A model generated the notes under the pieces. It worked only from the letters and a program-made list of their open reading frames with translations. It did no database searches and had not been told where the DNA came from. Positions 1-18,403 of a stretch of DNA of 64,000 bases are shown here, one piece after another (position 1 is the first letter of the stretch; every line of letters starts with the position of its first letter). The translations under genes were made by a program, and so were the position numbers. The stretch is from the human T2T-CHM13v2.0 reference genome, Homo sapiens, in the NCBI RefSeq assembly GCF_009914755.1, contig NC_060940.1; one strand, given 5' to 3'.

Positions 1-987
1 TGTGGGAGAAGAGAGAGGAGTGGGAATTTATTTTATTTCTGATAGTAAAGAGCTGGGCTGTGCGACCACACGTTTGACCTTGGATCCCGGGCTGGGAACT
101 TTTGCAAGCGTGAGGGCTCCTTTCCAACTGAGCTAACAGGCATGCTGACTAAATCGCTGGTTCCCCTTGTAGCTGCTTGAGGGAGTGAGGGGTCTCTAAA
201 GAGACCTTCAGGGCTTTGGGGAAATCTGATCTCTATTAGATTTTGGGAACACAGAAGATAATTTTCTGAGAGGAGAGGGGATCTCATATCACCTGGGTCA
301 GTGGCTTTCCAATCGCTAATAGGGCCCTAGGTCTTCACAAAGGTAACTCAGAGGAAGGAGAAGGAAGGCTTGAAAGGGATTCACGGCCTGAAATTTGCTA
401 TCATTTATTATATATATCAGGTTTAGGGGTAAGATATTATTAACATTAATATTAAGATATAACAAAGGCTTCTACTGCTAAAAATCATGAATGCCACTAA
501 TCTACTCACTTAGACGAGAAAAGCTGGGCTCCATGGAGATGTCCCCAAGGCCACACAACCAGCTAAGGGTCACAACCCAATACCAACCGGGTGCCCAAGA
601 ATTCATTTCATTTCTGACACTAATTACCTGAAATTAATGTCCAACTTCACACGTTAGGGGGCTCAGCACCACAAACCTGCCTGCACTTCAGATGCTGCCG
701 CAAGCCCCAGGGGCCATCTACACTTCTGCTTGGCCAATGCGGCCATAAATTTGGGGATTCCCATGACCCCCTTTCAGGTTCACAATTTGCTACTGAAGCA
801 AATTAAAATATTTTACCCTGAAATATATTTCTCTGACATATTTTGAAATGGCTTTCTCAGAGCTAGCAGATTGAGGTGGGGGTAAATTTGCATCTGTAGA
901 GAATCTCCATTAATGTAGCCAGGTCTTTTCTATACCTTTCCAAGATGTAGGAGAGACTGAGTCTGACACCTTTAAAAGACTAGAAAG

Positions 988-1439
<452 letters not shown>

Positions 1440-1919
1440 TTAACTTGAAAAAAAAGTCAAAAAAGAAATTTTTACTATCTATTCTCTTGGAGGGAGGCCT
1501 CCTCCACATAACAAGGCCACCTTTGCTAGCCAAGCCTCTTCCTCTCTTCCTCCCGTAAACCTGTCTTGCCACTAAGCCTGTTTTTGGCCATGCTCTAAGT
1601 CCACACTCTTTCTGTAATCTCAAGCTTCTGTAACTTATTGTTGGGTTAGGTCTTCATTCTGAAGGCTCCTGTGTATACACATTAAGCACATCTGTATGCC
1701 TTTTCTCCTGTTAATCAATCTGTCTCATGTCAGTGATTTTTCAGTGAACCTTTAGGGGCCAAGAGCTTATGGTCCCCACACTAGAATAGCTGGTAGAACT
1801 CAGAACGTGCTATACTTACAATTGCTCTTTTATTATCAAGAATACAAACCGGGTGAAGTAATATATAGGGTGGCAAGGTTTGGAAGGCTCCTGATAAAGG
1901 TGTTTCTGTGCTGTGGAGT

Positions 1920-2977
<1,058 letters not shown>

Positions 2978-3646
2978 GAGTCAGAACACACCTCCCTGCC
3001 AGCACATCAGTACACTTACCAACCAGAAAGCTCTCAGAGCCTCATTGCCCAGAGTTTTTGTTGAGCTTTCATTATATAGGCATGATTGATTCAACCATGG
3101 GCCACATGACTGAACTCAATCATCTCCACCTCCCCACCCCTAGCCACAGGTTGGGGCGGAAAATTCCAATCCTCTAATCATGCACTTAGTCTTTCTGGCA
3201 TGGCCAACTTCTCCTTCAAAACTAATTAGGGTCCACCATGAGTCACCTCTTTAGGATAAACTCAGGTTTAGTAAAAAGAGACTCATTTTGAATAACAAAA
3301 TATACTCCTAACACGTAAGAAATTCCTAAGGCATTTGAAGGAGCTCTGTGTCAGGAACCAGGGACAAATATCAGATTTAAAAAAAAAAAATCATACCATA
3401 AAGGCAGAGGCTGACACTATATATAGCGCTTGTTTTTTTCTGTCACCCCAGCAATCCGACTAGGTGTTTTCTGAGCAATGAAAGAGCAGAATATATTGGT
3501 CAGAGCAGGAGGTACCTAGTGATTGGCTAATTTACAGACTAGGAAAATGTGATTCAGAAATGATGGGAGGGCCCCAGCTACGTGGTGATCAACCTGGTCT
3601 AAAAGCTGGGTGTCTAACCCTGAATGGCAAGACTCTGTAGGGCCCC

Positions 3647-4434
<788 letters not shown>

Positions 4435-5113
4435 GTTGTATATTTTCACCCTTTCAGGCATGAATTTGCTAGGTTTCAGCTCCTGCTTTTGTTCCTTCAC
4501 AAATCCCTGATGACTACTATTGAGGAGGAAGGGACTCTGTCTCTGTCTCCTTTCTCCAACTTGTTTTTTTATTTTATTTTATTTTATTTTATTTTATTTT
4601 TTTAACAGAGCCCCTTCCTACTTTTGCTGGCAAGGAATGAGGTGCTGCCCTTTGACCATACAAGGTCCTACTTACCAGAGGTGCGAGCAGTACCTTTAGC
4701 ACTGATATACATCTGTGGGCACTTCCTTTTCGTCCTACCCGCCTTGTGTCTGCCAGGGCTGTGTTGCTTTCCTGGTCCTCCTTCATTTGTGGGGAGGAGG
4801 TTTATAGGATGTTTGGAAATATTGTTCCATCATCTTTGTTCTCCAACTCAGCTCTTACCAGAGGCCCCTGTAAAACAAATCTTTACTTTTCAGCTAGATA
4901 AGTTGGTGCTTTATTTCCTACTTGGACAATATCTAATCATTCAGAAGAGATAATTGTGTACCCAAGCCTCATTTACAAACCCATTTCTCCCCTCTCATCT
5001 CCCACTGCTTTGCTGTGTGAGCTGTAGGGATTTACTGTCCTCTCCTTTTTTTCAAAGTAAAAGATAGAGTGGCTCCAGTGAGAAATATCTTTACCCCCAT
5101 GATCTGCATAGGT

Positions 5114-5343
5114 CAGTGGTTTTCAATCCCCAAGGGCTTCCCCCAGCTCCCCAGGGATATTTGGCTATGCTTGAAGGTGTTTTGGTGGTGGCAACTTGGG
5201 AAGGGGATTGATGCTGGCTTCTAGCAGGTAGAGACCAGAGATACAGCTAAACATTCATCTTACAATGCACAGACCACCGCCCTGACTACAAAAGAGAATT
5301 ATCTGGTCCAAATCAACACTAACGCTTCTGTTAAGAAATCCTG
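5114..5343 (+). mobile_element. MER20 (hAT-Charlie DNA transposon)
   Basis: cagtggttttcaa...ccccagggatatttggc...tacaatgcacagac...aagaaatcctg. Confidence 0.8.
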
Positions 5344-6269
5344 ACTTAGGGCCAAAGAGCAGGAAAAAACATTGCAATAAGTTTAGTCTCTTTCCCTACC
5401 AATTTACTTGATCCTCTCCGTAGGAGATTTGGGACTATTATTGCAGCACATTAATAAACAGGCAGGGTCTGTCTTTGTGCTTCCAAAGCTTCAAACACAA
5501 GGGCTTCCTCTGGTCTTGTCTGCCCTCGCACACAGCAAGTCTTCCTTCTCCCATCCTATTGCCTACCCATGCAGCAAAAATAATAAGCAGGACGCTCCTG
5601 CTGAGGACAGGAGGAGTGAGGGGAGATTGCCTTTCACTGATTACTGAAGCCTGAACTTAAAGGGCCTGAAAGTGAGGGCTCCAAACCAGTTCTGAATGCT
5701 TTGCTGTGATTTGTACTTTGGTGTATTGGTAACTTGAGTGCGAAGCATAAACAAGGATCAGTACTCAGGGTCATTTCTTGATTTTTATAATGTCTTCCAG
5801 GCCATGGGGAGGGCAAGGCTCTAGTTGCAGCCATGTAAAGCTTTACCTTAAGTAGAGCTTTACCTTAAGTAAGGCTGTAAGCCACAGGGGCTTGGAGAAA
5901 TCTACAGTAGATAGCAGTGAACAAGACTTCCTGGGACTCTATCTCAGCTTGTACTGAGTGACTGCTATATGGGCAAGTCAGGTCCTCAAGCCAAAAAACA
6001 GATGGCCAAAGGGAATTTTTATGCTGGATTGGAGCAGAAAAATCCTGCTTCTTCCTATGACAGAAAAAAGAGAGAGAGAGAGAAAAAAGGCCACTGCTTC
6101 TTAAGAGGTAAGCCTCATATGTAGTTATAAAGGATAATTCTTCCTTTAAATGCAAAGAAAAATAATTTTAAAATTGCTTCATTGATCGAAAAATAACTGA
6201 GTACAAACAAGTATTCACACCACAAAAGGCAAAAGCCTTTTTTATCTTAACGAGAATATTATCTTGTTA

Positions 6270-6490
6270 CAGTTAATAGTTATTGGATTACCCATTATGT
6301 CCCAGGCACTATTTAAGGGCACTGCAAATATATTATCTAATTTAATCTTCACCCTAACTCTCAGCCCAAGGTTATTACATCAATTTTATAGATAAGGAAA
6401 TCGAGAGAAAGAGAGGTAAAATCACTTGCCCAAGATCACACAGCTGGTAAAGTGGCAGAGAAAGAATTTTGAACCGAGATTTGGCTGATC
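6270..6490 (-). mobile_element. MIR SINE
   Basis: Core ttttatagataaggaaatcgag...cacttgcccaagatcacacagctggtaa. Confidence 0.8.
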
Positions 6491-6589
6491 AAATGATCCC
6501 TTGTAAACCCTGTCGTATTTTTTTTCAGATGAATCCTCCATATTTGCATTCTCACACTTTATTATAAGAGTGACCTAAATTCCACTCCA

Positions 6590-8473
<1,884 letters not shown>

Positions 8474-8481
8474 TATTCCTT

Positions 8482-10859
<2,378 letters not shown>

Positions 10860-12245
10860 TATTCCTTAAGAGTATTTTACAACTTCATTTTTTATAAAAT
10901 AAGTTTTATTGAGATATAACTCACATACTATCAAATTCAGTTTTTTAAGTGTACAATTCAGTGGGTTTTATTAAATTCAGACTTGCTCAATATCACTACT
11001 ATCTAATTTCAAGGCATTTTTCTCATCCCCCAAAGAAATCCCATACCCATTATGCAGTTATTCTTCTTTTCCCCTTATCCCCTCTGGCAACCACTATTCT
11101 ACATTTTCTCTCTTTGGATTTGCCTATTCTGGATATTTTACATTAATGGAATCATAAAATATGTGAGTTTTTGTGACAGTATTCTTTTACTTAGCATAAT
11201 GTTTTCAACGTTCATCTGTGGTATAGCATGTATCAGTGCTTCATGCCTTTCCTTTTTGTATTCCTTTTATTTTTTATTTGCATTCCTTAATATTCCTTTT
11301 TGTATAGATAGGTCACATTTTACTTTTTTAATTCATAAGTTGATGAACATTTAGGTTGTTTCAATTTTTTAAGTAGTGTGAATAATGTTGCTATACACAT
11401 TAATGTACACATTTTTGTGTGGACATATGTTTTCAGATCTCTTGGATATGTACCTAGGAGTAGAAATGCTGTCATATAAAGCCACGTTTAACAGCTTGAG
11501 AAATTATCAAAGTGCTTTCCAAAGTTCCTGCACCGTTTTACAATTCCATCAGTAATTAAGGTTCTAATTTCTCTACATTCTCACCAACATTTGTTATTGC
11601 CTGTCTTTTAAAAAACAGTCATCATAACAGGTGTGAAGTAATATTCCATTATAGCTTAGTTTTGAGTTTCCTTAATGATTAATGATATTGAACAACTTCT
11701 TGTGTGCTTATTGGCCATTTATCTTTTTTGAAGAAATGCCTACTCAAATCCTTTCTCCATTCTTGAATTGAGTTGCTTTAATTGTTGAGTCAAAAGATTT
11801 CTTTTTATTATACATTCTGGATACAAAGTCCTTATCTGATACAGGATTTGTAAACATTATCTCCCATTCTGTGGTTTGCCTTTTACCCATTTCGATGGTC
11901 TTTTTTAAAGCACGAAAGTTTTCAGCTTTGATGAAGTTCAATTTATCTATTCTGTCACTCATCTTTTTTTTTTTTTTGGTGTCATATCTAAGAAGGCTTT
12001 GCCTACCACATGTTACAAAGATATACGCCTATATACTTCCTAGGAGTTTTATATTAACTCCCGTATTTAGGTTGATAACAGATCTTGAGTTAATTTTTGC
12101 ATATGGTATGCAAAATTTATTCTTTTACCTGTGAGTATCAAATTGTCCAACATCATTCGTTGAAAAGGCTGTTCTTTTCCCATTAAATTATTTTGGCACC
12201 TTTATCAAAAAGTAAGTTGACTATAAACGTAAGAGTTTATTTTGA

Positions 12246-12552
12246 GGCTGGGTGCAGTGGCTCATGCCTGTAATCCCAGCACTTCGGAAGGCCGAGGTGG
12301 GCAGATCACAAGGTCAGGAGATCGAGATCATCCTGGCTAACACTGTGAAACCGCGTCTTTACTAAAAATACAAAAAAAAAAAAAAAAAAAAAAAAAAAAG
12401 CCAGGCATGGTGGCAGGCACCTGTAGTCCTAGCTACTCAGGAGGCTGAGGCAGGAGAAAGGTGTGAACCCGGGAGGCAGAGCTTGCAGTGAGCTGAGATC
12501 TACACTGCAGCCTGGGGTGACAGAGCGAGACTTCATCTAAAAAAAAAAAAAA
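12246..12552 (+). mobile_element. AluY/Sc with an expanded central A tract
   Basis: TSD aagagtttattttg (12231-12244, 12553-12566). Confidence 0.95.
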
Positions 12553-12778
12553 AAGAGTTTATTTTGGGACTGTCAATTCCATTCCATTGATCTGTATGTT
12601 TAGCCTTATGCCAGTACCGCATTGTCTTGATTACTATAGCTCTGAAGCAAGTTTTGAAGTTAAGAAGTGTTAAGTCCAACTTTCCTCTTTCAAGATTGTT
12701 TTGGTTATTCTGGGCCATATAAAATTTCTAATTATCTTGTCAATTTCTGAAAAAAAAATCCCACTGGTATAGTGATAA

Positions 12779-13572
12779 TGAAATGGGAGAGTTCCCTGAC
12801 CCCCGCCCCATCTCAGGACCTGTGACAGGGGTGTGACTTGTCTTTTCAGCCACCACCTCTGTTCAAACCCCTTATGGGAGGGGGAGTATGCAGACAGGCA
12901 GGTGCAGGAGCTGGGGTGAGCACTTCTGGGCTTTGGCCCCATAGTAGCATCTAGGAGTGGGTGCCTACAACTCCCAAAGCCCAAGTGGGCATGTGTTATA
13001 GTGCACTCTTTTAGCTTTGCCGTCCGTGGATGGTGTAGGTGTTAAACAGCTCAGTGGACCCTCTGCCTTTTCACGAGGGCAGAGGGCCAGTGCGACAGTT
13101 TTCTGTATCCCGAGCTCTTGTCCAGCATCCAGGAAAAATCAGGTCACACAACGACTCGAAGGATGGTGAATGCAGGGGTTTTATTGAGTGATGGGGGTGG
13201 CTCTCAGTGGGATGGATGGGGAGCTGGAAAGGGGATGGAGAAGATGATCTTCCCCTGCACATTGGCTGTCCAGCAGCCGATCTCCTCTCTGACCATCCCC
13301 AGCTGAACTCCTCTTGATGTTCAGACATTCCTTTTCTTCTCTCCTTCTCTTCTGTTCTTCTGCTCTTCTGTTCATTTGCTCATCTGTGCTTGGAGCCTGG
13401 GGTTTGGGGTTTATGCGGGTATGGGATAGAGGGGTATGGTGGGCCAAGAGGCAACATTTGGGTACAAAAATAAGAATGCCTGTTCCCATTTAGGGCCACA
13501 GGTTTCCAGGCTTGAGGGTGGGGCCTTTGCCGGGGAACTGTCCTCTTCTACCTCTGTCTCCTGTCTGTATCA
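12779..13572 (-). mobile_element. LTR1-family solo LTR (ERV1)
   Basis: Minus strand starts tgatacagacaggagacag...ttccccggcaaaggccccaccctcaagcctggaaacc and ends gggaactctcccatttca. Confidence 0.85.
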
Positions 13573-13610
13573 GTGAGAATTGAATGAAATCTTTAGATCA
13601 TTTTGGAGAG

Positions 13611-13830
13611 TGTGGTAGGTAGAATTATGACCCCCAAAAGTATATGTCCTAAACTCTGTAAACTGTGAATGTGTTATCTTACATGGCAAAAGCAACATTG
13701 TAGATGTGATTGAGAATGTTCATCATGATGGGCTCAATGTAATCACAAGTGTCTTTTATAAGAGGGAGAAAGAACGGTAGATTTAGAGAAGGAGATGTAA
13801 TGAGGAAGTAGATATCAGAGTGATATAGTC
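13611..13830 (+). mobile_element. MLT1 (C/D-like) 5' fragment
   Basis: tgtggtaggtagaattatgacccccaaaag...tgtgaatgtgttatcttacatggcaaaag. Confidence 0.75.
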
Positions 13831-13884
13831 CCAAACTATACCACCTGGTCCCAGGATTTAATTTGTAGGATTTTTTTTTTATAA

Positions 13885-13951
13885 GCCTCAGCATCCCAAG
13901 TATCTGGGATTATAGGCTCCTGCCACCATACCTGGTTCATTTTTGTATTTT
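13885..13951 (-). mobile_element. Short internal Alu fragment
   Basis: gcctcagcatcccaagtatctgggattataggctcctgccaccatacctgg...ttttgtatttt. Confidence 0.8.
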
Positions 13952-14481
13952 AAAAAAAGGAATCTGTCGATTTTACATAGATTATCTAATCTGTTGTCAT
14001 ACATGTGTTCACAATATTTGAATTCTTTTTATTTCTGTAAACTCAGTAGTAATGTTCCCTGTTTCATTCCTGATTTCAGCAATTTGAGTCTACCCCCTTT
14101 TTCCTCGGTCAGTCAAAGTTAAGGCTTGCCAATTTTTTTAATCTTTCCAAAAATCAATTTTTGATTTATTGACTTTCTCTACTGTTTTTGTTATGCTCTG
14201 TGTTATTTATTTATACTCTCATCTTTGCTATTTTTCTCCTTCTGCTTTTTTAGGTTTAGTTTGCTCTTTGTCAAATGAATGAGCCACAGATGGCCTCTGC
14301 ATATTAGCCCCTAGGTTGTTTGTTTCTTCACTGCAGGCTGAGACCTGTTAGCTCAAAACCCCTCCAGCATCAAACTCAAATTTTTACGTAGCCGTTTGTT
14401 TTAAAAATAGCCCAAACAAATAGCTTTGTAGCTATTTAGGGTCTGTTTGCTTTGCATGCCCTATGAAATCTCATTTTGCAT

Positions 14482-15206
14482 TGGTATTGGCTAATTTATG
14501 TCCTCCCAAAATTCATATATTTAAGTCCTAACCCCTAATACCTCAGAATGTAAGTGTATTTGGAGATCACACCTTTAAAGTGGTGATTAAGGTAAAATAA
14601 AGTCATAGGGTAAACTCTACTCTAATCCAATATGTCCGTCATCCTTATAAGAAAAGAAGACTAAGATACAGACAGAACAGGCTAAGGAATGACTATGTGA
14701 GGACATGGTGAGAAGGCAGCCATTTGCCCAGCAAAGAGTGAGGCCTCAGAAGAAACCAAACTTGCTGACATCTTGATCTTGGACTTCTAGCTTCGAGAAC
14801 CTCTGGGAAATACATTTCTGTGTTTCGTTTGTTTGTTTTGTTTTGCTTTGTTTTGTTTTGTTTGAGACGGAGTCTCGCCGTGTTGTCCCGGCTGGAGTGC
14901 AGTGGCGCCATCTCGGCTCACTGCAAGCTCCGCCTCCCGGGTTCACGCCATTCGCCTAAGCCTCCAGAGTAGCTGGGATTACAGGCGCCCACCACCACGC
15001 CCGGCTAATTTTTCGTATTTTTAGTAGAGATGGGGTTTCACCGTGTTAGCCAGGATAGTCTCGCTCTCCTGACCTCGTGATCCGCCCGCCTCGGCCTCCC
15101 AGCGTGCTGGGATTACAGGCGTGAGCCACCGCGACCGGCCCATTTCTGTTTTTTAAGCTGTTCAGTCTGTGGTGTTTTCTGATGGCAGCCTTAGCAAATT
15201 AATACC
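14482..15206 (+). mobile_element. MLT1B LTR hosting an AluY
   Basis: cccaaaattcatatat...cctcagaatgt...gaggcctcagaagaaaccaaac...gatggcagccttagcaaattaatac. Confidence 0.85.
14822..15140 (-). mobile_element. AluY, CpG-rich, with (GTTTT)n tail
   Basis: gcaagctccgcctcccgggttcacgccatt; TSD catttctgt. Confidence 0.95.
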
Positions 15207-18061
15207 CACATCTGCTAGCAATGGATAAGATAAAGCCTTGTAGTTATAAGACTCCAAGCTGCTACTGCTCTTGGGAGCTTTCAGATGTAAAGACGGCCTG
15301 CTATAATACTGAGGATGTTACCTACATATGTAAACTCTTTCTCCCCAACCCCCTTCTTCCTAGAAGTAACCTTGCCCCCATTTCCTTTAGAATGGTGGCC
15401 TCCTAGGATTAAACCTCGGGAATGTCTCATGCTGCCAGCAACTTCCTCTCCTAGGCAATTCTGTCAAAGCACCACCTTATAAAGCCTGTGTGTTACTGTC
15501 ATGGACAGCCCTGAAACTCCTTGAATTCTACCCCGACACTCCTTTTTACTCTAGCTTTTTAAGGTGGAAGGTTAGGCTTTTAATTGGACATCCTCTTCTC
15601 CTCTTGAACAACACCCTTTTTTTCAAGAATACCTGTTCATACCATATATTCCTCTCTGAACACTGATTTAGGTTTATCCCATAAGTTTTGGCACATTGTG
15701 GTTTTATTTTCACTCATCTTAACGTATTTTCTAATCTCCTTTGTGATTTCTTCTTTGGTTGTTTTAGGAGTATATTTTAAAATTCCAAGTATTATAAAAT
15801 TTCTAAATTTCTCCCTGTTAATGATTTCCAACTGCATTCTATGGTAGTCAGAAAACATTTTGTATTATTTCAATCAGTTTAAATTTATTGAGACTTGTTT
15901 TGTTGCCTAACATATGGTCTATCTTGGAGAATGTTTCATCTGCACTTAAGGAAAATGTGCATTCTGTTGCTGTGGGGTGGAACATTCTATACTATCTACT
16001 AGTATTGTTCAAGTCTTCTGTTTTCTTATTGATTGTTTGTGTAATTGCCCTGTCCATTATTAAAAGTGGGTATTGAATTCTTCAACTATTATTGCTGAAC
16101 TGTCAATTTCTCTTTTCAGTTCTATTAGTTTTAAAATATATTTCTGGGGTCTCTGTTGTTAGGTATATATGTATTGCAACTTTTATATCTTCTTGATGGA
16201 TAGACCCATTTATCATTATAAAATATTTTTGTCTCTAGTAACAATTTTTTGTCTTAAGTCTATTTTGTCTAATATTAGCATCATCATTCCAGCTATCTTT
16301 TGATCACATTTGCAAAGCATATCTTTTTCCATTCTTTTATTTTCAACATACCATGTCTTTGAATTCAAGTATGTATCTTATTCTCAGCATATAGTTGGAT
16401 AATGCTCTTTAAAAAATCTATTCTTCCAATCTCTGCTTTTTAATATTAATATTTCCTTTTAATGTAATTATTGCTATAGTAAGATTTATGCCTACCATTC
16501 TGATATTTGTTTTTTATGTGTCTTATGTCTTTTGTTTTTAAATTTCCTCCATTACTGTCTCATATGAAATCGTTATTTTCTTGCACGATATTTTATTTCC
16601 CTTGTCATTTCTTTACACACCCCCCACCGCCGCACACACACAAACACAAACACATAAACATATACCTACATGCATTTTAGTTATTTTCTTAGTGGCTGTC
16701 TTGGAGATTATAATCAATATCTTAATTTATAATAATATAGTTTAGATTAACCTCAATGTATTATAATAGCACATAAAAATTTTGCTCCTATATAGTTTGG
16801 TTCACTTTCTTTGCTGTGTTATCATACTAATTACATCTTTATGCTTTCTATACCTGTTAATACAGATTTATAATTATTGCTATATAAAGTTGTAAATCAG
16901 ATATGAGAAAATAAGGCTGACAAACAAAAACACATTTATATTGTCTTTTATATTTACCTATGTAGTTACTTTTATCAGCATTCTTTATTTCTTCATGTGG
17001 ATTTGAGTTACTGCTTAATGTGTTTAATTTCAACCCGAAAGATTCCCTTTAGTATTTCTTGTAGGACAGATCTGCTAGTGACAAAGTCTATCAGTTTTTG
17101 TACATCTTGGAATGTCTTCATTTCTCCTTCATTTTTAAAGGACAGTTTTGCTGGATGTAAAAGTCTTGGTTGACATTCTTTTTTGTATTTTCAAATGTCA
17201 CCTCACTGCCTTCTGGACTACATGGTTTCGGGTGAGAAATAAGCTGTTAATCTAATTGAGAATCCCTTGTATGTGATGAGTCACTTCTCTCTTGTTGCTT
17301 TCAAGATTCTCTTTGTTTTTGTCTTTTAACAGTTTGATAATGTTTTATGTGTGTATCTCTTTGTGTTTATCCTAGCTGGAGTTCACCAAATCTCCAGGAC
17401 GTGGAAGGATGTAAATGTATGTTTTTCATACAATGTGTGAATTAAGAACATGATACATTTAAACGTTCCTTCTGCATCTCTCTCTCTCTCTCCTTCTGGG
17501 TTATCAGTATGTGCATGTTGGTATATTTGATGGTGTCCCACAGGTTTCTAAGTCTTTTTTCTTCTTTTTTTTCATTCCTTTTTCTTTCTGTTCCTCAGAC
17601 TGGATAGTCCCATTTAAACTATTAATACTATTACTGTATTTGAGTTTACTGACTATTCCTTCTGTCTGCTCAAATGTGCTGTTGACTCCTTTTTGAATAT
17701 TTCACTTCAGTTACAGTTACTTTCAGCTCAAGAATTTTAATTCTTTATATTGATCTTTCTTTATTGATATTCTCTCTGTAGTGAGATACTGCTTTCATAT
17801 TTTCCTTTATTTCTTTAGACATGGTTTTCTTCAGTTCTTTGAACATACTCAAGATAGCTTATTTACAGTGTTTGCCTTGTAGGCCCAACATCCGGGCTTC
17901 CTCATGGACAACTTTTATTGACTATTTTGTCATTGCATATATTGTGTCTGGTTCTGTTCTTGTTGGTTTTAGATGTTTTCAAACTAAATTGTATTAATGT
18001 TATTTTATCTTGTTTGAATGAAGAATTGATGATGTTCAAAATAAATTTTCAAGATAGTTCA

Positions 18062-18403
<342 letters not shown>

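Larger units (their letters stand above)
14269..15538 (+). mobile_element. LTR47-like solo LTR (ERVL) hosting MLT1B
   Basis: TG...CA ends, 5-bp flanks ctctt/ctcct; family name from memory of consensus. Confidence 0.6.
10900..17930 (-). mobile_element. Long, heavily interrupted old L1 (L1MB-type 3'UTR through ORF2 to ORF1)
   Basis: 3'UTR ttttattgagatataactcacata...aagtgtacaattcagtgg; degenerate ORF2 peptides (11744-11962, 12533-12718, 15637-15858); ORF1-like antisense sequence ~16900-17900. Confidence 0.8.

Noticed and set aside
14860-15140. CpG-dense patches (also 52560-52840)
   Set aside because: Young AluY CpGs, not a CpG-island promoter
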